Part shown: one piece after another, positions 35,431 to 41,201 of the stretch
Numbering within the stretch: position 1 is the first letter of the stretch
Layout of the letters: each line of letters starts with the position of its first letter
IMG/VR virus record: IMGVR_UViG_3300048599_000883
Location: 1 to 41,201 of that record
Length of the DNA stretch: 41,201 nt
From: a virus
Taxonomy: Duplodnaviria; Caudoviricetes
Strand: one strand, 5' to 3'
Made by a program: the position numbers and the translations under genes
Notes under the pieces: model-generated
Database searches by the model: none
What the model was told of the DNA's origin: nothing
The model's input: only the letters and a program-made list of their open reading frames with translations

Positions 35431-35873
35431 CGGTGGGATCTCCGAGGGGTTCGGCGGGAACTGGGGGCGATGATCGGTATGCAGTCGCGGCGCTCTCGCC
35501 CCGGGCGCCACAGGGCGTCGTCGCCCTGGCCGCGGGCGAGGATCAGCCAGCGGCACCGGTCGAGCTCACGGCGGGCGTTGTGCAGCTGGGCGTCGGTCAT
35601 GCCGCGGAACATCGATGGCGGTGGTAGCTGCCGGCGGAACGCAGCGACGGTGTCGGTGCCGTTGCGCTGCAGGTCGTCGAGGTCGTCGTGGCGCTCGTTG
35701 ACCCAGCGGATCCACTCGCGCACCGTCACGACCAGCACCCGGCGGGGGTCGGGCTTGGTGACGTCGGTGTCGGCCCGCTCGAGCAGATCGCGGAGGACCT
35801 CGTACACCTGGGCCGAACCGCGGCCGGCGTGGCGGTGGAGGGCAGGGATGCCGTCGAGGGTCGAGGCCGTCAC
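35427..35873 (-). CDS. Hypothetical protein (possible winged helix)
   Basis: 148 aa, coupled; QLHNARRELDRCRWLI. Confidence 0.6.
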   Translation of the reverse strand: MTASTLDGIPALHRHAGRGSAQVYEVLRDLLERADTDVTKPDPRRVLVVTVREWIRWVNERHDDLDDLQRNGTDTVAAFRRQLPPPSMFRGMTDAQLHNARRELDRCRWLILARGQGDDALWRPGRERRDCIPIIAPSSRRTPRRSHR

Positions 35874-35989
35874 CACACCGCCTTCACGACGAGCGTGGTG
35901 ACAGCGATGCCACCGAACCAGCACGAGACCAGGAGCAGCGACCAGAGCGTGCAGCCGGCCTGCCAAGGGAGCCGAGCGAGCCGGCTCAC
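35870..35989 (-). CDS. Small membrane peptide (39 aa), absent from the ORF track
   Basis: MSRLARLPWQAGCTLWSLLLVSCWFGGIAVTTLVVKAVW; exact GTGA overlaps with both neighbours. Confidence 0.65.
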   Translation of the reverse strand: MSRLARLPWQAGCTLWSLLLVSCWFGGIAVTTLVVKAVW

Positions 35990-36297
35990 CGGGCCCGCCT
36001 CCGAGTGGTGCCCGCCGGAACGGACGAGAGGCGGGCCCGGCCATCTGCGCGGGTCGCTGGCATCTCGGGACTGACAGGGCGCGGCGAGATCACCTTCCGG
36101 TCACGCTCGACGTGCCGACGCGCGGCGGCCTCGCGGCGGGCCCGCTCCCTCGCCTCGTCGCGCTCGCGGCGCAGCTGCCGGGCGCACAGCGCCTCCCACA
36201 GCACGATGCCGAGAACGATGCCGAACGCGACGCCCGAGATAGCGAGACCGCGCGGGACGCAGTCGGTCGCGACCTGGGCGCACTGCTCGCCGGTCAC
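35986..36297 (-). CDS. Membrane protein (TM plus basic coiled coil)
   Basis: GLAISGVAFGIVLGIVLW followed by an R/E-rich helix. Confidence 0.65.
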   Translation of the reverse strand: MTGEQCAQVATDCVPRGLAISGVAFGIVLGIVLWEALCARQLRRERDEARERARREAAARRHVERDRKVISPRPVSPEMPATRADGRARLSSVPAGTTRRRAR

Positions 36298-37784
36298 TCG
36301 GCCCCGCCCTCGGCCGAGATCTCGCCCTTGGTCAGGACGTCGATGCGGGTACGGAGCTCGTCGAGGTTCGGGGGCGGATCGCCCGCGTCGATGCACGCCT
36401 GCAGCGCCCACAGCAGACCAGGGGCGAACACGACGTCGCTCTCTTCCAGGTCCTCGGGGTAGTTCGCCCAGCTGGTGACGACCTGGCGGAGCATCTCGCC
36501 GAGCTCGGCGACGAGGCTGGTGACATCCCATGTGCTCCCGAGCGAGGACGCCATGCCGAGCGCGAGGGCGGTGCGCGCCTCGGTGTCGAGCCTGTCGAGC
36601 TGCTCTGCGATGCGTTCGTTGAGCAGCTCCTCCGCCCGGCTCGACAGCCCCCACCGGTCAGCACCGCGGAGCGGCTCACCGGGCCGGCGGCCGTCCTGGC
36701 GCTTCTGGTACGCGTCGACCAGATCCTGCTCGGAGACGTAGCCCTTGCGACGCGGGTTCGTGTAGAGCCCGGGGTCGGTCGTCACCACGACGTTGTCCCA
36801 GGGCAGCTTGAGCATGACGACGTCGTCGCGCTCGCACGTGCGCAGCTCGGAGAGGGCCCGGTGGTCGCCTCGACCGAGGCCGAGCGCAGTGATCGGCTTG
36901 GCCTTCGGCGGGATCGTGTCGATCGATCCGCCGACGTAGAGGTCGAGCTCGTAGCGCTCCGGAGCGATCGTCCACACGACGACAGAGCGCGAGTAGGGGC
37001 TCCAGGCCGGGACGATGTCGTCGCCGTCGAGCATGCCCTCGGGCAGGTTCAGCTGCCCGGGCTTCGAGCCGATCTCGACCTTGCCCCACGGGCCCGGCGC
37101 GACGTAGGTCCCGGCCAGGACCAGTCGGTCGCCCCACTGCCGGTCGGCAGCCTTGCGGGCGTCGGCGTCCTTCTCCCGGGCCTGGGCCTCCTCGATCGCA
37201 CGGGGCCGCTCCCGAGCGTCCTTCGATGCGAGCGCTGCCTTCTCGTCGTCCCCGGCCTTGAGCGCGGCGATCGACGCCGCCTCACCGATCGGCAGGTCGC
37301 CGGCGACGACCAGGTCCTGCACCTGGTCCGGCAGCTGCTCGACCAGGCGGAGCCGCTGCGACACCCACTCGGGGGAGCGGTGCAGCCGCTTCGCGAGCTG
37401 GGCGATCGTGCGGTGCTGACCCAGAGCGCGGAGCGACGCGATGGCGTTGCCCTCGTCGATCGGGTTGAGCTCCGAGCGCTGCAGGTTCTCCGCCAGCTGC
37501 AGCTCGATGCGCTCAGCCTCCGTCGGCGGGTCGACGACCTGACACGGGATCGACCGCAGGCCGGCCAGCTCCGCCGCGGTGACACGGCGGTTGCCGAACA
37601 GGACCCGGTAGACGTCGCCGAACCGGTACACCGACGGGGGCTGGAGGATGCCGTTCGCACGGATGTCCGCTGCGAGCTCGGTCAGATCACCCAGGTCGTG
37701 GCGTACGTTGTCCGGATCGACCTCGACCTCGTTGATCGAGAACCAGCGAACGTCGAGGGTGTGCTGCACCACGGTGTCGGTCAT
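36294..37784 (-). CDS. parB: ParB/RepB/Spo0J-family protein with a long C-terminal extension
   Basis: PDNVR, GILQP, GNRR, ENLQRSELNPIDE and HTH (IAQLAKRLHRSPEWVSQRLRL) motifs; 496 aa. Confidence 0.9.
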   Translation of the reverse strand: MTDTVVQHTLDVRWFSINEVEVDPDNVRHDLGDLTELAADIRANGILQPPSVYRFGDVYRVLFGNRRVTAAELAGLRSIPCQVVDPPTEAERIELQLAENLQRSELNPIDEGNAIASLRALGQHRTIAQLAKRLHRSPEWVSQRLRLVEQLPDQVQDLVVAGDLPIGEAASIAALKAGDDEKAALASKDARERPRAIEEAQAREKDADARKAADRQWGDRLVLAGTYVAPGPWGKVEIGSKPGQLNLPEGMLDGDDIVPAWSPYSRSVVVWTIAPERYELDLYVGGSIDTIPPKAKPITALGLGRGDHRALSELRTCERDDVVMLKLPWDNVVVTTDPGLYTNPRRKGYVSEQDLVDAYQKRQDGRRPGEPLRGADRWGLSSRAEELLNERIAEQLDRLDTEARTALALGMASSLGSTWDVTSLVAELGEMLRQVVTSWANYPEDLEESDVVFAPGLLWALQACIDAGDPPPNLDELRTRIDVLTKGEISAEGGAE

Positions 37785-38170
37785 CGGTGTGCCCCTCGGC
37801 CGTGGATCGGGGTGCCGATGGCTGGGAGAGCGGCGACGTCGTCGAGCGCCGCGGCGGCGACGGCGTGGCGCACGTGCTCGGGCCAGTCGCAGCCCGGCTC
37901 GACACCGATCGCCTTGAGCAGTTCGGCGGTGCGGTTGGCCACCAGGTCCTGGGACGCCCACACGACGTGGAACGGGTGCGACTCGTCGCGGGCGCCCTGG
38001 TCAGCCAGGTCGATCGCGATGCGGGTGGCGGACAGGTGGATCGCGGAGAGCGCCCGGGCGAGCGCTCCGAGCTCGGCGCTGCCACCGAGCGCAGCTGCGA
38101 TCTCCTCGGTGAGCTCGTCGACACGATCCTGGCGGATCGGCCGGAGCGCGACGGCGGGGGACGCGTTCAT
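37781..38170 (-). CDS. Hypothetical protein
   Basis: 129 aa helical ORF, coupled. Confidence 0.65.
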   Translation of the reverse strand: MNASPAVALRPIRQDRVDELTEEIAAALGGSAELGALARALSAIHLSATRIAIDLADQGARDESHPFHVVWASQDLVANRTAELLKAIGVEPGCDWPEHVRHAVAAAALDDVAALPAIGTPIHGRGAHR

Positions 38171-38640
38171 CGGTCACCTCTATCGGCCAGGAGTCCGGTG
38201 ATCTCGTCGAGCGCGAGCAGATGCGACGCGCGGAGCCGGCCGGTGAAGTCCTCTGCGAGCAGCTCGTCGAGCACGAGGCGCGCCCGGGCGTGTTGCTCGG
38301 CGCCGGCCGGGGTGATCTCGAGGAGCACGCCCCTGCGGTCCTCGTCCGTGCGGGTTCGGCGCACCCTCTGCGTCGGTGCATTGGTGGCGAGGGCGTCGAC
38401 GACTCGGGTCAGCCCGGACGGCGACAGCAGCGCACGGTCGGCGACCTCGTTCATCCGGAGTGGGCCGTCGACGACGGAGTCGAGCACGTCGAACTGGGTG
38501 AGGCTCAGACCGCACCGCTCGACGAGGTGCGAGTCGATCGAGCCGGCGACGAGCTCGTGTGCACGGTGGAACCGGGCCCAGGTCCGGCGCGCCATCGCGG
38601 CGCGGGCCTCGGCCGGAGTGAGGGACATCACGGCAGCCAT
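38167..38640 (-). CDS. MarR-family transcriptional regulator
   Basis: GLSLTQFDVL...GPLRMNEVADRALLSPSGLTRVVD.L...DRRGVLLEITPAG. Confidence 0.9.
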   Translation of the reverse strand: MAAVMSLTPAEARAAMARRTWARFHRAHELVAGSIDSHLVERCGLSLTQFDVLDSVVDGPLRMNEVADRALLSPSGLTRVVDALATNAPTQRVRRTRTDEDRRGVLLEITPAGAEQHARARLVLDELLAEDFTGRLRASHLLALDEITGLLADRGDR

Positions 38641-38945
38641 CAGACGGTCACCGCCTCGGGCTTGAGCCCCTCGAGCGCTGCAACCATCGGCTCGGTGTCG
38701 GAGCGGACGTCGGGTGCGTCCAGCTCGCGGAGCGCCTTGATCATCAGCCGGTACCGACCCCACAGCTCGGCGTGCTCCTCGGCGAGCTCCTCGGCGGCGG
38801 TGTCGAGCAGCGCCCTGGCGCTGGTGCCGGTGGGGAACTCGAGCGCGACTTCCTTGGCCCGGCGGGCATGCTCGAACGCGGTGTGTACACGGGTCTGGAA
38901 GTACTCGACTGCGTCGGTGAGGACGTCGAGGTGCTGTCGTTCCAT
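38640..38945 (-). CDS. Hypothetical protein
   Basis: 101 aa with TGATG overlaps. Confidence 0.65.
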   Translation of the reverse strand: MERQHLDVLTDAVEYFQTRVHTAFEHARRAKEVALEFPTGTSARALLDTAAEELAEEHAELWGRYRLMIKALRELDAPDVRSDTEPMVAALEGLKPEAVTV

Positions 38946-39274
38946 CACGCACCGTCCTGGGGTGCGGCGAACGCCAGGTGGCCGATCGTGGTGTGGGCCT
39001 GGTCGAGGGCAGCGGCGGCGCCCCGGAGCATGTCCTTCGCGGATGCCAGGTAGACGTCGAGCTCCGCCAGGTGCTCGACGACCTCGCGGTCGTCGTCGGC
39101 GTGGGACGCGTTCTCGGCAGCGCGGTTGAGGTCCGTGACCAGGTCCGCAGTGCGGCGCACGACGTCGATCAGCTCCGCGATCGTGTGGTAGCTGGCCGAA
39201 GGGTCAGCGGCGAGGTTCCGGTCGTGGAGCTCCTGGCGGAGCGCCTGCGCGGCAGCGTCGGTGTGGACGGTCAT
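38945..39274 (-). CDS. Hypothetical helical-bundle protein
   Basis: 109 aa; GAGGAGG RBS; TGATG overlaps. Confidence 0.7.
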   Translation of the reverse strand: MTVHTDAAAQALRQELHDRNLAADPSASYHTIAELIDVVRRTADLVTDLNRAAENASHADDDREVVEHLAELDVYLASAKDMLRGAAAALDQAHTTIGHLAFAAPQDGA

Positions 39275-39738
39275 CACTCACCCTCCTCGGTCGAAGCGGG
39301 GCGGGTGGGGAGCTGCTCGAGCACCGCGACCAGGTCGTGCACCGCCGAGAGCGCCTCGTCGACGATCGCCTGGTCGATCGACGAGCTCGTCGCCGAGGTC
39401 CAGAGCACCGGGCGCAGCTGCTCGTGCGCCGCCTTCACCGCCCGGGCGATCGCCTCGAGCTGCTCGTACTGCTCCTCGTTGCCGTACTGGCGCATCGCGC
39501 ACATCTCGACGTCGAGAGCAGCGCCGACGAGAGGGCTCGCCTTCTCAGCCTGGTAGTGGTCGTTCGCCGAGGGCAGCGAGATCAGGCGGGTGTAGTCGAC
39601 GACGCTCGCGAGGGCGTCGTAGAGCTTCCCGGTCTCCCAGTGGTTCGCGGCGAACATCGGTTGCGCTATGCGGCAGAGCGACTGTTGGACGGCTTCGAGC
39701 CGGTCCGAATCGCTCAGCGATGTGGTCGTGGTGGGCAT
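39274..39738 (-). CDS. Hypothetical protein
   Basis: AGGAGG RBS before ATG at 39738; 154 aa. Confidence 0.7.
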   Translation of the reverse strand: MPTTTTSLSDSDRLEAVQQSLCRIAQPMFAANHWETGKLYDALASVVDYTRLISLPSANDHYQAEKASPLVGAALDVEMCAMRQYGNEEQYEQLEAIARAVKAAHEQLRPVLWTSATSSSIDQAIVDEALSAVHDLVAVLEQLPTRPASTEEGE

Positions 39739-39756
39739 AGGATTCCTCCTGGTTCT

Positions 39757-39970
39757 GGCGTCACCCCTGACCTGCAACGGAGGGAGGTGGCGCCGGGCTT
39801 GTTCTGGATCGGGACCCACCCCGACCGGCCCCATCAGGACGGTCGGGGTGGGGGTTGGCTGCCGAACTGCGCCCTGGGTGAGGAAGGGAAGAGTTCGGGC
39901 GGTCCGGCAGCGCAGGAACCTCGCTCGCCGCTGGGGTCAAGCGAGCGAGGTACCAACGGCGCCGGGCCGT
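39757..39970. ncRNA. Candidate structured RNA / early-operon leader (five hairpins)
   Basis: Stems at 39757-39794, 39815-39852 (13 bp perfect), 39858-39911, 39918-39951 (11 bp perfect) and 39956-39970 fill most of a 243-nt non-coding gap. Confidence 0.5.
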
Positions 39971-39981
39971 CAGCCGGGTGG

Positions 39982-40290
39982 TCAGTCGGGAGCGGCGGGC
40001 TCGTCGACGCCGGCGATGTGCAGCGGGAACTTCTGGCGGAACTCGGGATCCAGCTCGAACAGCGCGACGGTGGGGATCAGGACGATCGACACCGCTCCGG
40101 TGTTCGTCGTGCGCAGCTGACCGTCGCGCACGAGCCGGCGAATCGACTGGGTCGACATGCTCGTGAGGCGTGCCGCCTCGGCGACCGTCACGTGGATGGG
40201 GTAGGGGGCCGGCCGCTCGAGTTTGATCGAGGTCAGCACCTCGATCAGCAGGGCCCGGATGACGGCCAGGAAGGCGTCGAACGGGTTCAC
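39982..40290 (-). CDS. Excisionase-like HTH protein
   Basis: VTVAEAARLTSMSTQSIRRLVRDGQLR; coupled to cro. Confidence 0.8.
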   Translation of the reverse strand: MNPFDAFLAVIRALLIEVLTSIKLERPAPYPIHVTVAEAARLTSMSTQSIRRLVRDGQLRTTNTGAVSIVLIPTVALFELDPEFRQKFPLHIAGVDEPAAPD

Positions 40291-40523
40291 GCTGCCTCCT
40301 GGATCAGAGCGAGAGCACCGGCGGCGACGCCGAGCTCGGTCGCGCATCGCTCGAGGAGAGCGGCGCTTGGCTGACGTCGGCCGGTCTCGATCAGGGCGAT
40401 CATCCCGGTCGTGCAGCCGACAGCGGCGGCGAGGGCTTCCTGGGAGAGCTCACGCTCCTTGCGCCAGGCGCGAAACGCATCCGGGAGCGCCGTGATCGAG
40501 GGGCGACGGGTCGGGTGGGGCAC
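40287..40523 (-). CDS. Cro-like XRE-family regulator
   Basis: WRKERELSQEALAAAVGCTTGMIALIETGRRQPS; divergent from the repressor; GTG at 40523. Confidence 0.88.
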   Translation of the reverse strand: MPHPTRRPSITALPDAFRAWRKERELSQEALAAAVGCTTGMIALIETGRRQPSAALLERCATELGVAAGALALIQEAA

Positions 40524-40558
40524 CGCACGATCATTGCTTAGTAAGTAAGCGAGCGCAA
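40524..40558 (-). promoter_or_regulatory. Early lytic (cro) leaderless promoter with an operator
   Basis: Minus strand TTGCGC-N17-AATGAT-N6-GTG; the spacer contains the inverted repeat GCTTA-N5-TAAGC (40536-40550). Confidence 0.7.
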
Positions 40559-40715
40559 GCACTTCTTGATCGTTGTGGGCCTCAGACCGCAAGGGAGGCG
40601 GGAACCACGCTTACGTAACTACGGCGGTGTCAGCTACCTGCGATCGCTTGCCCTTGTAGGGTTCGCCGGGGGTTTCGCTGGTTATTACCAACCGGCTCCC
40701 GGTAAGGATCACGGC

Positions 40716-41201
40716 ATGGAAGTAGACGACGAGCGGGGAGAGCTCGCGAACCTCGTCCGTGAGGCTCGGGCGCGTGTCGGGCTGTCGCAGCGCGACGTCG
40801 CGCGGGCGGTCGGCGTGACCAACGGGGCGATCGGCCAGCTCGAGACCGGCACCGGCAAGCTGAGCCGGGAGAAGCTCGAGCGCCTCGGCGATGTGCTGAG
40901 CATGCCCGACGACGCGGTGAGGGAGATGCTGTTCCTAGCGGCGGTCGGGGAGCCGGGGCGCGGGCCCGAGACTCGGGCGCGCACCGACGTCCTCGTGGCC
41001 GGCTTCGCGTCGATCGACTCGAAGCTCACCCGGCTGCTGCGCCTGGTGCCCGGCGTCGAGATCGCCGGCCGCTACGAGCCGCTGCTCGCGGTGCTCGACC
41101 GGGCGACCGACGAGCAGGTCGACACCGTCACCGAGATCGCTCGGGGAATGGTGGAGGGAGCAGGCGGGTCAGCCGCCGGCGGCAACCCGACCGGCGTCTG
41201 A
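40716..41201 (+). CDS. Immunity repressor (XRE family)
   Basis: LVREARARVGLSQRDVARAVGVTNGAIGQLETG; divergent from cro; ATG at 40716; no peptidase domain. Confidence 0.88.
   Translation: MEVDDERGELANLVREARARVGLSQRDVARAVGVTNGAIGQLETGTGKLSREKLERLGDVLSMPDDAVREMLFLAAVGEPGRGPETRARTDVLVAGFASIDSKLTRLLRLVPGVEIAGRYEPLLAVLDRATDEQVDTVTEIARGMVEGAGGSAAGGNPTGV

Larger units (their letters stand above)
1..41201. mobile_element. Temperate siphovirus (prophage or rotated phage genome) of an actinobacterium
   Basis: Full syntenic set of integrase, repressor/Cro, replication, HNH, terminase, portal, capsid, neck, tail tube, frameshifted chaperone, tape measure, minor tail and lysis genes. No sheath gene. att sites not visible. 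Confidence 0.95.

Noticed and set aside
39858-39916. tRNA-like element (minus strand ends ...GTTCGGCAGCCA)
   Set aside because: No cloverleaf, D-arm or anticodon arm could be drawn; it folds as one hairpin.
40287-40310. ssrA-like degradation tag at the Cro C-terminus (...ALIQEAA)
   Set aside because: Explained by the embedded AGGAGG RBS and GTGA coupling to the next gene; the RusA-like gene ends similarly (DEAA).
40566-40715. 50-aa N-terminal extension of the repressor, and 23-aa extension of Cro
   Set aside because: They cross the AT-richer promoter/operator region; the downstream starts fit promoter spacing and domain boundaries.

Overview
This window is an apparently complete temperate siphovirus of a high-GC actinobacterium (roughly 70% GC by eye). 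It runs from the first base of a tyrosine integrase to the stop codon of the immunity repressor, so it is most likely a prophage trimmed to gene boundaries, although a rotated circular contig cannot be excluded. The plus strand carries the integrase, a membrane protein, one small ORF and the repressor. The minus strand, read right to left, carries Cro, an excisionase-like gene, and an early region with a structured intergenic segment, MarR, ParB, RusA-like, ASCH, a PD-(D/E)XK nuclease and a replication initiator with an internal origin. It continues with a late promoter, HNH, cos region, terminase, portal, MuF-like protein, scaffold, capsid, neck, tail, an M15 endolysin, holin, a terminator and a second excisionase-like gene. 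The most notable system is a cassette of three different glycosyltransferases plus a SAM methyltransferase wedged between the head-to-tail adaptor and stopper genes. Both the capsid and tail-tube proteins end in Ser, which suggests a methylated-glycan virion coat. Other notable signals are an iteron/palindrome/DnaA-box origin inside the initiator gene, recurring AGGA-loop hairpins over late-gene ribosome-binding sites, a circularly permuted LamG tail protein, an internal translation start in the endolysin and a five-hairpin early intergenic region. All calls come from reading motifs by eye; no database searches were run.
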